Part shown: piece by piece, positions 9,590-20,125 of the stretch
Position numbering within the stretch: position 1 is the first letter of the stretch
Layout: the number at the start of each line of letters is the position of its first letter
Assembly: GCA_964577305.1 (NCBI GenBank)
Contig: CAZNYS010000007.1
Location: 12,562 to 76,561, forward strand
Length of the DNA stretch: 64,000 nt
Source: an uncultured Rikenellaceae bacterium
Lineage (GTDB): Bacteria > Bacteroidota > Bacteroidia > Bacteroidales > VadinHA17
Reading direction: 5' to 3'
Made by a program: the position numbers and the translations under genes
Notes under the pieces: generated by a model
Told to the model about the DNA's origin: nothing
What the model saw: only the letters and a program-made list of their open reading frames with translations
Databases searched by the model: none

Positions 9590-12500
9590 ATGAGCGAAGA
9601 GATCCTGAAAGCACTGATGCAACTTTTTGCCCTGATCATCAAGCAGGATGGAGGGATGCTATCAAGTGAAAGGGAATATGTTGTGGATTTTCTTGAGAAA
9701 CAACTCAGCCATGATTCCGTAAATGAATATCTTGAACTATTCGACAGGGATGTCGGGCCATTAATGGATAATGATCCGGATGTTGAGAATAAACCACCTT
9801 CCTTAAAGGACTCTGTTAAAATATTCAGTATCTGTAAACAAATTAACCGTACCCTCAACCAATCCCAAAAAGTTGTTGTGCTGATGAGGTTGTATGAACT
9901 GGTAAATGCCGATAAAAGGTTTACCCTTCAGCGTATGAATATCATCAATACAGTAGCAGAGGTATTCAGGATATTACCGGAAGAGTTCAGAAGCATTGAA
10001 CTTTTTGTTAAACATGATACCGATGTAGAACCGGTTGATAGCTCAATACTCGTTCTTAAGCATCATACCAGATGCCCGGATTGCGACAGTGATTCAGAGA
10101 AAGAAGAAATGGCACCCAGCCTTTTGGTTGTACTGTGGATAAGCAGTGTGGATTTATATTTTATTAAACATTATTCTGAGGATCAGTTATCACTTAACGG
10201 TCTGCCTATTGATGCCAGGAAAATATATACCATGGCCAAAGGAAGCTCACTGAGGTTTCAGCATGGTCAGCCTGTATACTACAGCGATATATCAGCCCAT
10301 TACCTTTCGAAAAGATCCTTCCACAAAATCAGTCTTGAGGCAGAAAACCTGGTCTATAAATTCCCAGGGGGTCAGACCGGTATCAATAATGTAAATATTG
10401 CCGAAAGAGAGGGTAATCTTATTGGAATATTGGGTAGCAGCGGCGCGGGTAAAACCACCCTTCTCAACCTTCTTAGCGGAATTTATAAACCTTCAATGGG
10501 TTCAGTAAAAATAAACGGTATTGACCTCAGTAATAAATCCGGTGTACTCGATGGTATAATTGGCTACGTACCTCAGGACGACATGCTTAAGGAAGACCTT
10601 ACCGTGTTTGAAAATCTGTATTATGCCACATGTCTCTGTTTTGATGACCTTACCAATAAGGAAATAATACACAAGGTAGATAAAATGCTCAAATCCCTTG
10701 GTCTTTATGAAAAAAGAGATCTTAGAGTTGGCTCCAGTCTCAAAAAAGTCATTAGCGGGGGCCAAAGGAAAAGATTGAATATAGCCCTTGAACTTATTCG
10801 TGAACCGTTAATACTGTTCCTCGATGAGCCTACATCGGGACTGTCATCCAAAGATTCTGAGAATGTCATAGATCTGCTAAGGGAACTGACTTTAAGAAGC
10901 AAATTGATTTTTTCAGTAGTACACCAGCCATCTTCAGAGATATTCAAGGTATTTGACAGGATAATCATTCTTGACGATAGCGGTGAGATGGTTTACTACG
11001 GAAATCCAATTGAGGCACTTATACATTTTAAAACGCTTGATGCACAAGTAGAAAGCCATCTAGGTGAATGCCCAACATGTGGTAACATAAACCCGGAGAC
11101 TATTTTCAATATCATTGAGACAGAAATAGTAGATGAGTTCGGACGCTATACCGGCGTCCGAAAAAGGTCAGCTGCTGAATGGGCAGAGAAATATAATGAG
11201 TTACACCCTGTTATGCCTATCCGCAAGATTAAAACCAGACCCAGGTCAAATCTTAAAAGGCCAGATCTTCTTAAACAATTTCTGATCTTTATACGCAGGG
11301 ACCTGAGCAGTAAGATATCCAACCGTCAATATGTTCTTCTCACTCTGCTTGAAGCACCGATACTGGGATTTATATTATCATACATAATAAGATATATAGC
11401 TGATCCGGGTTCAACCAATTACATTTTCAGGGAGAACGAAAATATCCCGATATATATATTCATGTGCCTAATTGTTGCCCTGTTTATGGGACTTATCACC
11501 AGTGCAGAGGAAATATTCAAAGATAGAAAGATACGCAACAGGGAACAGTTCCTCAATTTGAGCAAAGGCAGTTATCTTGCCGCAAAAGTGGTTATCTTAC
11601 TTGCAATATCAGCCTTACAGTCCTTATTGTTTATCATAGTGGCAAATCCGATACTGGGAATAAAAGGGTTTTATTTTGAGTACTGGTTTGCTCTTTTTAC
11701 TACAGCAACCTTTGCAAATATCCTTGGCCTTAATATCTCGGATGCTTTCAATTCTGCAATCACTATATATATTGTAGTGCCTCTGCTTATGATCCCAATG
11801 ATGGTGCTAAGCGGGGCAATGTTCCCTTTCGATAAACTCAACCGATCTCTGGGGAGTGTCGATAAGGTTCCCTGGATAGCCGAAATAATGCCCACCAAAT
11901 GGACATATGAGGCCCTCATGGTTACACAGTTCAAGGATAACAGATATGATATGCTGGTTTATGATATGAATAAAACCATCAGTGTGGCTGATTATAATAC
12001 CATATTCCATTTGCCGGAACTGGAAAATGCACTCAATACAACAGTTTTACATTACAGGAGAAAAGAACTGTCTGAAGAAAATCCATCCAAACTACCCCTT
12101 CTCAGGAATGAAATCTCAAAACTGTCAGAAAATGAGGGCCTTTATAAGTTTGCTGAACTGGATAAACTGAATTATTCTGATTTCAGTCATATTGTGGCTG
12201 AAAAACTATCTGCATATCTTGATTCTGTAAATTCCATATTCCTCAGCAGAAGTAATTCTGCTGATATAAGGAAAGATAAATTTATAAGTGACAACCGTGA
12301 AGAGCTTTATAAATTATATAACCAGTTTCATAATGACCGGCTTGAAGAAATAGTCAGGAAAATATATGAAAAAAATAAAATACTGGAATACAAAAACAGG
12401 CTTATCCAGAATTTTGACCCGGTATACCGCGATCCCCGTGGTAATGAATTTCCTGCTTTCAGGAGTCATTTCTTTGCTCCCTCCAAAGTATCAATGGGCC

Positions 12501-12619
12501 TAAGATTTGACACTTATACCTTCAATATGATATTCGTCTGGCTTATGTCATTGGTATTCTATGTTTTGTTGTATTACAATGTATTAGAGCGTATCGTTAA
12601 TTCTTTCTCCAAAAAATAA
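9590..12619 (+). CDS. multidomain ABC transporter: TerB-like N-domain, FHA-like segment, ABC ATPase, ABC-2 type permease, C-terminal helical domain plus TM
   Basis: 1009 aa. Walker A GSSGAGKTT (aa 282-290), signature ISGGQRKRL, Walker B ILFLDEPTSGL, H-loop VVHQPS. These are followed by about 6 hydrophobic helices (aa ~565-740), about 230 aa of helical sequence and a final TM FNMIFVWLMSLVFYVLLYY. The N-terminal 135 aa resemble a TerB/DjlA-N type helical domain. This is motif-level recognition only. Confidence 0.8.
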   Translation: MSEEILKALMQLFALIIKQDGGMLSSEREYVVDFLEKQLSHDSVNEYLELFDRDVGPLMDNDPDVENKPPSLKDSVKIFSICKQINRTLNQSQKVVVLMRLYELVNADKRFTLQRMNIINTVAEVFRILPEEFRSIELFVKHDTDVEPVDSSILVLKHHTRCPDCDSDSEKEEMAPSLLVVLWISSVDLYFIKHYSEDQLSLNGLPIDARKIYTMAKGSSLRFQHGQPVYYSDISAHYLSKRSFHKISLEAENLVYKFPGGQTGINNVNIAEREGNLIGILGSSGAGKTTLLNLLSGIYKPSMGSVKINGIDLSNKSGVLDGIIGYVPQDDMLKEDLTVFENLYYATCLCFDDLTNKEIIHKVDKMLKSLGLYEKRDLRVGSSLKKVISGGQRKRLNIALELIREPLILFLDEPTSGLSSKDSENVIDLLRELTLRSKLIFSVVHQPSSEIFKVFDRIIILDDSGEMVYYGNPIEALIHFKTLDAQVESHLGECPTCGNINPETIFNIIETEIVDEFGRYTGVRKRSAAEWAEKYNELHPVMPIRKIKTRPRSNLKRPDLLKQFLIFIRRDLSSKISNRQYVLLTLLEAPILGFILSYIIRYIADPGSTNYIFRENENIPIYIFMCLIVALFMGLITSAEEIFKDRKIRNREQFLNLSKGSYLAAKVVILLAISALQSLLFIIVANPILGIKGFYFEYWFALFTTATFANILGLNISDAFNSAITIYIVVPLLMIPMMVLSGAMFPFDKLNRSLGSVDKVPWIAEIMPTKWTYEALMVTQFKDNRYDMLVYDMNKTISVADYNTIFHLPELENALNTTVLHYRRKELSEENPSKLPLLRNEISKLSENEGLYKFAELDKLNYSDFSHIVAEKLSAYLDSVNSIFLSRSNSADIRKDKFISDNREELYKLYNQFHNDRLEEIVRKIYEKNKILEYKNRLIQNFDPVYRDPRGNEFPAFRSHFFAPSKVSMGLRFDTYTFNMIFVWLMSLVFYVLLYYNVLERIVNSFSKK

Positions 12620-12658
12620 TCATTTCATACAGCAACTTTAATAATATTATTATTTTTT

Positions 12659-12666
12659 TACTTTTG
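12659..12666 (+). promoter_or_regulatory. -7 box TAnnTTTG
   Basis: tacttttg, 27 nt upstream of the ATG at 12693. Confidence 0.4.
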
Positions 12667-12692
12667 TATAATAAAGTCAATAATGCCTCAAC

Positions 12693-13607
12693 ATGAAAAA
12701 AGTCCTGTCCAGTCTTCAAATCTTGTTAATACTGCTTCTTTTTTATTCCTGTAAGAACACAGGTAATAAAGGATCAGAATTTATCTTCCCTGAATCTGAC
12801 TCCATTCCCGTTAAGGAAGCTGAAAAGTTAAGCCAGGAAGCCATTGATGATATTGTCCAGAATATTGGTTCCCCGGTTGAAATGGCGGCCTTGCTTCTTG
12901 AACTAAAAGTCCCTTTTATTACTGAACACCTTGCATCAATTGAGCAGGCAGAAAATCTGAGTACAAATTACCAGAAAGCACTCCGCCTTGGTATCTACGG
13001 CGCTGACCTCGGTTACCTTAATATTTATGAAAAAACAGGTAGTGCAGTTGAAACACTTTCAACCATAAACAAGCTTGCAGATGGCTTAAGGGTTGGTCAG
13101 TTCTTTGATTTTGAAACACTGAAAAACCTTGCTATAAATAAAAGTAATATTGATTCACTTCTTTTCCTGTCAGTTCGTTCCTATAATGAGATCGATGAAT
13201 ACCTCCGTGAGAATGATCGTGGTTATCTTTCAGCACTCATGATAACCGGTGTCTGGCTGGAAGCACAATACCTGGCATGCCAGATCGTTAAAGATTACCC
13301 CCATTTAGATCTGAAAAACAGGATAGGCGAACAAAAGATAATCATTAATGACCTGCTGATGTTGTTGCGCCCCTATAATGAGTCCAGTGATGAATACCGT
13401 GAGCTTTATAATGATTTAGAACTTCTGAAACGTCAATATTCAGATGTCAATATAACATATACCCCCGGTGAGCCTGAAACATTAGAAAAAGATGGAAGGC
13501 TCATTGTCATTCAGAACGAAGAAAGCACTGTAGTAATCAGTGATGATGTGCTGGAGTGGATAATACAGAAAACAGAAGAGATCAGAAATAAAATAATATC
13601 ACTTTAA
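12693..13607 (+). CDS. lipoprotein of unknown function
   Basis: 304 aa. Signal plus lipobox LLILLLFYSCKN. The rest looks helical. Starts 73 nt after the ABC gene. Confidence 0.7.
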   Translation: MKKVLSSLQILLILLLFYSCKNTGNKGSEFIFPESDSIPVKEAEKLSQEAIDDIVQNIGSPVEMAALLLELKVPFITEHLASIEQAENLSTNYQKALRLGIYGADLGYLNIYEKTGSAVETLSTINKLADGLRVGQFFDFETLKNLAINKSNIDSLLFLSVRSYNEIDEYLRENDRGYLSALMITGVWLEAQYLACQIVKDYPHLDLKNRIGEQKIIINDLLMLLRPYNESSDEYRELYNDLELLKRQYSDVNITYTPGEPETLEKDGRLIVIQNEESTVVISDDVLEWIIQKTEEIRNKIISL

Positions 13608-13616
13608 CTCCTGGAT

Positions 13617-14051
13617 ATGAAAAGGACAACAATTGTTTTTATTACCTTATTACTGGCTGCCTACGCCCTTAATGCCCAGGATCAGCAGGAGATGGTTACT
13701 GATTGCGCTCTTAGCATAGACGGAAATACCACTTACCTGAAAGATTTTGTTATAAAATTGCCGAAATCAACCGACCAGGGTAATATTCCCGTTCATAAAG
13801 AGAATATATACCTCATGAAGAAACAAAGATACCTGTTTACCCAATGCAATGCTAATGATTCTGAGGGTGAACTGACGATTGAATTATATGATGCCAATAA
13901 CCTGATCTCAAGCTCGATTAACAAGAATAACGGGAGAGTATATTCATCTGTGGAGTTTTCCTGTAATAAAACTGGTCTTTATACAATCTGGTATTCATTT
14001 AAGGATGGAAAGAAAGGTACGGGAGTGGGAATTGTATCACTCCTTAAATGA
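13617..14051 (+). CDS. small secreted protein of unknown function
   Basis: 144 aa. Signal peptide MKRTTIVFITLLLAAYALNAQ. Beta-rich composition. Starts 9 nt after the preceding gene. Confidence 0.65.
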   Translation: MKRTTIVFITLLLAAYALNAQDQQEMVTDCALSIDGNTTYLKDFVIKLPKSTDQGNIPVHKENIYLMKKQRYLFTQCNANDSEGELTIELYDANNLISSSINKNNGRVYSSVEFSCNKTGLYTIWYSFKDGKKGTGVGIVSLLK

Positions 14052-15042
14052 CTATTGCCCTGTTTAATTGCATAAACAATACCGACAAAAAAATAATAGC
14101 AAATAAATAATTTGCTATTTTTTTATTCCTCATCATTACAAGGTAATGAGTCAGGAAATACACAAGAGGAATAAGAAAAATATACATTAGCCCGACCGAT
14201 GCTGCAGGTACAATAAAATATATAATTACCGTCAGTATTAACATCCAGGTAAGAAGTGAAAATATCTTTCTTGATTTTACTTTCTTGGTATTGAAGATAC
14301 TCCACAGATGTAATAGTGAAAGTATAAAAATAAGTGCGTTAACGGATGATACTATGATAAATTCATGTGACCAGTAATAATCAGGTACATCTGTTATTAT
14401 ACTGTTAAGGAAAAAATGGTTGAGCCCTGTGATATCCCGGCCTGTAAAATAGTAAAAGGCATAAAGGATAATAAATGGTGTGATCAATCCGATAAAAGAA
14501 ATCAATATCTCCCTGAAATTAAAAGATCTGAAAAGGATTATACCTATAATTATCAGAAGATAAAACCAGATAATATTTGTATAAATCAGGGCAGCAATCC
14601 CGATTATCAAAGAGGCATCAAAAAGATTATAGGCTATACCGGGGTTTCTGTAGGACACTATAAGCCTGTCAACAGATATGAGAAGCAGGAGCGAGGCAAG
14701 CAGTATCGGATTGAGTACCTGGTTGCTGTATATATAACCGCTCAGCAATATATACAGGGAAGCCGGCAGGAAAGTTCTTTCATTAATGAAGAACAGCCGG
14801 GTATTGAAATTTACAAGGTAAATGCCTGTTGCCAGGACAAGTACCATGGAAAAAATAATACCGGCTAAAGGTCTTCCCTTAAAAAAGCTGATTAATAAAG
14901 AATATAAAGGAGCAGGGTTGGTGTTATGGTAGAGCAACGGTTCCACAGGATTGAGGAGTGCCTGTAGCCATACCAGTACCAGGCTTATTATTATAACCAG
15001 TATTGTCACGGGGCCAATACCCCTGTAGATCTTTAGCAGCAT
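14044..15042 (-). CDS. polytopic membrane protein of unknown function
   Basis: 332 aa, almost entirely hydrophobic helices (about 9-10 TM). Starts 6 nt downstream of the purD stop on the same strand. Confidence 0.7.
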   Translation of the reverse strand: MLLKIYRGIGPVTILVIIISLVLVWLQALLNPVEPLLYHNTNPAPLYSLLISFFKGRPLAGIIFSMVLVLATGIYLVNFNTRLFFINERTFLPASLYILLSGYIYSNQVLNPILLASLLLLISVDRLIVSYRNPGIAYNLFDASLIIGIAALIYTNIIWFYLLIIIGIILFRSFNFREILISFIGLITPFIILYAFYYFTGRDITGLNHFFLNSIITDVPDYYWSHEFIIVSSVNALIFILSLLHLWSIFNTKKVKSRKIFSLLTWMLILTVIIYFIVPAASVGLMYIFLIPLVYFLTHYLVMMRNKKIANYLFAIIFLSVLFMQLNRAIVI

Positions 15043-15048
15043 ACTTTA

Positions 15049-16329
15049 CTATAAGTCAAATCCGATATCTTTTCTGAAATATTTCCCCTGGAAATCAATT
15101 ATTTCTGCATTGGCATACGATTTTTTCAGCGCCTCTTTTATATTATATCCAAAGGAACTTATAGCCAGAACCCTCCCCCCTGAGCTTAAGACTCTGTCGC
15201 CATCAATCCTTGTGCCTGCCTGAAAAATAATACTCCCAAATGTTTTGTCCATATTCAATATCTCTTTCCCTTTCTCATATTCACCCGGATAACCTCCCGA
15301 GACAAGCATTACAGTGGTAACAGTATCTGCTGATATTTCCAGGTTCCTTTCTTTCAGGTTACCTTCGGTAACGCCAAGCAATAAGTCCATTAAATCACTC
15401 TTTATTCTCGGTATCACAACCTCAGCCTCAGGATCTCCCATTCGCACATTATACTCAACAACAAACGGATCACCATATATATTCATAAGTCCAAAATAGA
15501 TAAAACCCTTATATTTTATACCTTCTTTTTTCAGACCTGATATTGTTGGTTTAATAATTCTCTCCTCAACCTTTTTAAGAAAAGCCTTATCTGCAAAGGG
15601 TACAGGAGAAACAGCACCCATACCACCTGTATTCAGTCCTGTGTCCTTTTCACCCACTCTTTTGTAGTCCTTGGCTTCAGGCAAGATCTTATAATCATCC
15701 CCGTCGGTAATAATAAACACTGAAAGTTCTATTCCTTTAAGAAATTCTTCAATAACGACAATCTTACCTGCTTCACCGAATTTGCCCGAGAACATCCTGT
15801 CCAGTTCCTGAACGGCCTCATCATAATCATTGAGTATCAGTACTCCTTTCCCTGCAGCCAGCCCGTCAGCTTTTAAAACATAAGGTTTTTTCATTGTTCT
15901 GAGGAACTCACAGGCACTATCAAAATCTTCCTTTGTAAAACTCTTATAGGCTGCTGTGGGTATCCCGTTCTCCTGCATGAATTTTTTGGCAAAATCCTTA
16001 CTCCCTTCCAGCATTGCCCCTCTCTTTTCAGGCCCCACTATGGGTATATGCCTGTACCTTTCATTGCCAAGGAAGAAATCATGAATGCCTGCCACAAGGG
16101 GTGCTTCGGGACCAACGACTATCATATCTATATCATTCTCAAGAGCAAATTCAGCAACAGACTTAAAATTACCCGCATCAATATTTACATTCTCACCTTC
16201 AAGAGTTGTACCTGCATTACCGGGTGCAATATATATTTTATTAATCCTGCTACTTTGAGCTATCTTCCATGAGAGAGTATGCTCTCTCCCTCCCGATCCA
16301 AGTATAAGAACATTCATATTATCTGACAT
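15049..16329 (-). CDS. purD: phosphoribosylamine--glycine ligase
   Basis: MNVLILGSGGREHTLSWKIAQS, an ATP-grasp core and the C-terminal SGGRVLA motif. 426 aa. An alternative start at 16317 is possible. Confidence 0.92.
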   Translation of the reverse strand: MSDNMNVLILGSGGREHTLSWKIAQSSRINKIYIAPGNAGTTLEGENVNIDAGNFKSVAEFALENDIDMIVVGPEAPLVAGIHDFFLGNERYRHIPIVGPEKRGAMLEGSKDFAKKFMQENGIPTAAYKSFTKEDFDSACEFLRTMKKPYVLKADGLAAGKGVLILNDYDEAVQELDRMFSGKFGEAGKIVVIEEFLKGIELSVFIITDGDDYKILPEAKDYKRVGEKDTGLNTGGMGAVSPVPFADKAFLKKVEERIIKPTISGLKKEGIKYKGFIYFGLMNIYGDPFVVEYNVRMGDPEAEVVIPRIKSDLMDLLLGVTEGNLKERNLEISADTVTTVMLVSGGYPGEYEKGKEILNMDKTFGSIIFQAGTRIDGDRVLSSGGRVLAISSFGYNIKEALKKSYANAEIIDFQGKYFRKDIGFDL

Positions 16330-16382
16330 TCAATAAATTTCCTAAAAATAGCATATCCGTATATGAAAAAAAAATGCATTAT

Positions 16383-17006
16383 TTATCCATCAGCAGTTAT
16401 ATCTCCGAAACTATATCCCTGCATCCTGCATCGCTTAATTAATCTGTCCAAAATCACGTGGGTGCATTCATTGTCTTTATCATGCAATACAATAACAGAT
16501 CCCGGACGAACCAGTTTTTCAGCTTTTTCCAATATATATTCCGCCTGCAACTCTTCATCGTAATCATATAATAACAGGTCCCAGAAAACAATCCTCATAA
16601 TTTTTTTAAGAGCCATATATTGAGGTATGGTGAGATGCCCGTATGGAGGTCTGTAAAATACTGACCTGCTAAGTTCTGATCCCTTCAGGCAATTATCAAT
16701 ATAATCCTGTGTCCCACTTTCCCAGCCATCTAAATGAAGATAACCATGATTTGCCAGTGAGTAACCGTTTTTTGTTATCATCATTGCTGAATCAGGATGT
16801 GTTTGAATATTTGAACCGGTACAAAAGAATACGGCTTTCTCAACCTTATTTTGATTAAGTATATCTATTATTTTTGCAGTGCCCCGACTAGTGGGGCCAT
16901 CGTCGAATGTAATATATAACTTACTTCCCGCACTTCGTTTCCTGTAGATTGCATCCTTGTACAGCAATCGTGTCAGGCAGGGGAATCTAAAAACCCTTGG
17001 GATCAT
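16383..17006 (-). CDS. polysaccharide deacetylase (NodB/CE4) family protein
   Basis: Contains YITFDDGP (NodB motif 1) and HGYLH. The start overlaps the upstream gene's stop by 4 nt (17003..17006). Confidence 0.75.
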   Translation of the reverse strand: MIPRVFRFPCLTRLLYKDAIYRKRSAGSKLYITFDDGPTSRGTAKIIDILNQNKVEKAVFFCTGSNIQTHPDSAMMITKNGYSLANHGYLHLDGWESGTQDYIDNCLKGSELSRSVFYRPPYGHLTIPQYMALKKIMRIVFWDLLLYDYDEELQAEYILEKAEKLVRPGSVIVLHDKDNECTHVILDRLIKRCRMQGYSFGDITADG

Positions 17007-20000
17007 GAAGGTCTCATAAATAGTTTATTATAGTACCGGTCAATATCCTCTTCTATCTGCACCATCAGTTCATCTATGCCCATTGCAGAAGACATATTAT
17101 AAAGGCTGATCAGTGCCTGCATATTTAAGCCAATCACATAATCAAGGTCGTATCTTCTACCCTCCTCCAGTTGAAGTACCACATCAAGGTAGGCTTTCGC
17201 ATTATTGATTATATCAGTGGCTATAGCCATTGCTTTATCTTTTTCCCCTGCCCTGTAGAATCCACGGAAAATATTAATGGAATAGTAATTATGCTCAATC
17301 TTCCCGGCCGGAATCTCTTCCAGGCTTTTATTTAATACCTCTTTTGCTTTCAGTGTATCACCCTCATCTATAAGTGATTCAGCAAGCATGCCGAACACTC
17401 GTCTGAAATTACTGAACATACGCCTGTTGTTTTCATCAAGGTAAACATCAGGATCTGAAGCATTGCCCCATTTAAATCTGTTCATCACATTTTCATACAT
17501 CTGCCTTGTATCGATATATCCTATATCTTGTGTACGGGTACCTGTTGAATCCAGCGGGGCTATCCTGTAAGCCAGGCCTTCCAGTTGGAAATAATCATCC
17601 AATCCCATATAGTTTGATGGTGGAACTGTACTGGCAAAATAGACCGGGCGTTCCCATTTATTGGTTCCAATCATATCCATCACTGCCAGGTTGTTCTTAT
17701 ACATCTCCCTGTCGTCATAATTCCATATAACATTATCCAGCAGCCTGTCAGCCTGGTAATCCTTCACTGTTCCGTTAGACATTACCCTGGCTGAGTCAAC
17801 AGGCACAAGGAATTTGCTTGAAGGAATATAGTTATAATAGTCGCCTCTGCCCGAGAAGTCGATCTTACTTTGTCTTTCATCTGACCCTGCGAATTTAATC
17901 AGTTCAATAATATCATAGGGCCTGGTTATCCTGTCAGTCACCGGTAATTGTTCCCTTCTGCCAGGTTTGTATTTATCTGAACCCAGTGTAAATTTAACCG
18001 GTTCAGATTCATATGCTTTCTGACGCATCATATCAATATACCATCCTGCTGAAAGATAACTCAGGTTGGCCACTCTTACATCAGTTCTGATACCTTCAAC
18101 ATCCTGTGCATACCATAAAGGGAATGAATCATTATCGCCGTATGTTAGTAGTACTGCGTTCTCATCGCAACTGTTCAGGTAATTATTGCCTATATCCCTG
18201 GCAGTATATCGTCCGGAACGGTCATGATCATCCCAGTTCTGCACTGCCAGAAGAACAGGAACCGCAGCAAGGCAAACAATAAAAGCTACAGATAATATGA
18301 CCTTATAAGGTATTATTTTCCTGAGATTATCCACTAGAAAACATAAGCCCAGTCCCACCCATATTGAAAAAGCATAGAATGAGCCTGCATATGCATAATC
18401 CCTCTCCCGGGGTTGCAGCGGATACTGGTTTAAATATACCACTACGGCTATACCTGTCATAACAAAAAGAACAGTAATAACCCAGAATCCTTTACGATCT
18501 CTTTTGTACTGCCATATAATACCCAGGATACCCAGGATCAGCGGCAGGAAGAAATAAGTATTCCTTGCAGGATTATTTTTCAATTCATCCGGTAATTCTT
18601 GCTGATCGCCCAGCCTGGAGCTGTCGATAGCATCAATTCCGCTGATCCAGTTACCATGCAATACATTACCATTACCCTGTATATCATTTTGTCTGCCGAC
18701 AAAATTCCACATAAAATAGCGGCCATACATATATCCGAGCTGATAACTGAAAAAGAACCTCAGGTTTTCTGCGAAGGTCGGGACAATAAATTCCTGGCTG
18801 CCACTCGAGGTATTCATTCTGACCTTATTCCCTTCGACCCTGCCCCAGTATTCATATTCAGCATGATGCCTGTCCTCAGGGCTGTACATTCTGGGGAAGA
18901 TAGTGGTGAATCGGTCATCGAAAACATATTCATTTTTTTTATATGGTACATACCTGCCTTCTTCTTTAGTATACCCGCCCGTTTCCTTTTTAATATCAAT
19001 AACCGGGGCGGTATAATAATTTCCCTTCAACAAGGGAGTGCTGCCATATTGTTCCCTGTTAATATAATATATCATTGAGAATACATCCGAAGGATCATTC
19101 TGGTTCATAGGAGGTCGGGCATTAGCCCTGATAGGTATAAGTGCATAGGAAGCATAACCCAGTAATATAACTGTCAGAATTGTAACTATATAATTAAGTA
19201 AAATCTTCCTGTGCCTTATTGAATAGCTAATACCCCAGATAAGAACAGCAACCAGAAGTACTATATAGAAATAAAGTCCCGAGTTAAAGGGAAGGCCAAT
19301 GCCGTTAACAAACACTAACTCAAACCATCCGGCAATCTTAACTGTATAGGGTAGCAGGAAGAAAACTAGTAAGCCCAGTATGGCAAATGCAGCCAGCAGT
19401 GCTTTAAGTATACCCCTGGTGCTAACCTGGTAAGTTTTGAAATAATATACAAGAACAATGGCCGGTAATGCAAGCAGATTCAGCAGGTGTACTCCAATAG
19501 ATAATCCCATCAGGTATGCTATTAGCACAAGCCACCTTCCTTTAAGCCTGTCATCCTGTTCATCCTCCCACTTGAGAATAGCCCAGAATACCATAGCGGT
19601 AAACAGTGAAGAGGTAGCATAAACTTCTCCTTCCACAGCAGAGAACCAGAAAGTATCAGAGAAGGTACATGTAAGTGCTCCAATCAGTCCGCTTCCTATA
19701 ATAGTAGCTATACTGGTTAATGATAAATTATCCTCATTCATAAATACCTTCCTTACCAGATGCGTTATTGTCCAGAAAAGAAACATTATGGTAAATGCAC
19801 TGGCCAGTGCAGACAGGAAGTTAATCATCACAGCAGCAGTGGACTCATTGCCAAAGCTGAACAGTGAGAAGAACCGTCCAAGCAAAAGAAAGAAAGGTGC
19901 ACCCGGGGGATGACCAACCTGTAATTTCCATGCTGAAAGAATAAATTCACCACAATCCCAGAAACTGACCGTTGGCTCCAGCGTAATGGTATAAACAGTA

Positions 20001-20071
20001 AGTGAGATCAGGAAAACCACCCAGCCTGAGATATTATTTATTTTTCTGAAATAGAGATTATAATCACTCAT
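17003..20071 (-). CDS. DUF2723 / TMEM260-like GT-C-fold membrane glycosyltransferase candidate with TPR-like C-terminus
   Basis: N-terminus YTITLEPTVSFWDCGEFILSAWKLQVGHPPGAPFFLLLGRFF is typical of DUF2723. More than 10 TM helices are followed by a large soluble C-terminal half. The ORF is open to 20125, but ATG at 20071 (MSDYNLYF) is the likely start. Confidence 0.75.
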   Translation of the reverse strand: MSDYNLYFRKINNISGWVVFLISLTVYTITLEPTVSFWDCGEFILSAWKLQVGHPPGAPFFLLLGRFFSLFSFGNESTAAVMINFLSALASAFTIMFLFWTITHLVRKVFMNEDNLSLTSIATIIGSGLIGALTCTFSDTFWFSAVEGEVYATSSLFTAMVFWAILKWEDEQDDRLKGRWLVLIAYLMGLSIGVHLLNLLALPAIVLVYYFKTYQVSTRGILKALLAAFAILGLLVFFLLPYTVKIAGWFELVFVNGIGLPFNSGLYFYIVLLVAVLIWGISYSIRHRKILLNYIVTILTVILLGYASYALIPIRANARPPMNQNDPSDVFSMIYYINREQYGSTPLLKGNYYTAPVIDIKKETGGYTKEEGRYVPYKKNEYVFDDRFTTIFPRMYSPEDRHHAEYEYWGRVEGNKVRMNTSSGSQEFIVPTFAENLRFFFSYQLGYMYGRYFMWNFVGRQNDIQGNGNVLHGNWISGIDAIDSSRLGDQQELPDELKNNPARNTYFFLPLILGILGIIWQYKRDRKGFWVITVLFVMTGIAVVVYLNQYPLQPRERDYAYAGSFYAFSIWVGLGLCFLVDNLRKIIPYKVILSVAFIVCLAAVPVLLAVQNWDDHDRSGRYTARDIGNNYLNSCDENAVLLTYGDNDSFPLWYAQDVEGIRTDVRVANLSYLSAGWYIDMMRQKAYESEPVKFTLGSDKYKPGRREQLPVTDRITRPYDIIELIKFAGSDERQSKIDFSGRGDYYNYIPSSKFLVPVDSARVMSNGTVKDYQADRLLDNVIWNYDDREMYKNNLAVMDMIGTNKWERPVYFASTVPPSNYMGLDDYFQLEGLAYRIAPLDSTGTRTQDIGYIDTRQMYENVMNRFKWGNASDPDVYLDENNRRMFSNFRRVFGMLAESLIDEGDTLKAKEVLNKSLEEIPAGKIEHNYYSINIFRGFYRAGEKDKAMAIATDIINNAKAYLDVVLQLEEGRRYDLDYVIGLNMQALISLYNMSSAMGIDELMVQIEEDIDRYYNKLFMRPS

Positions 20072-20125
20072 TATCCGATGAGGCTTATTTGATTGAAACA
20101 AATTGTAAATATATCGAAAATGCAA

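Noticed and set aside
14416-14868. 150-aa plus-strand ORF
   Set aside because: It lies antisense to the polytopic membrane protein gene 14044..15042. The minus frame gives coherent TM helices and this frame does not.
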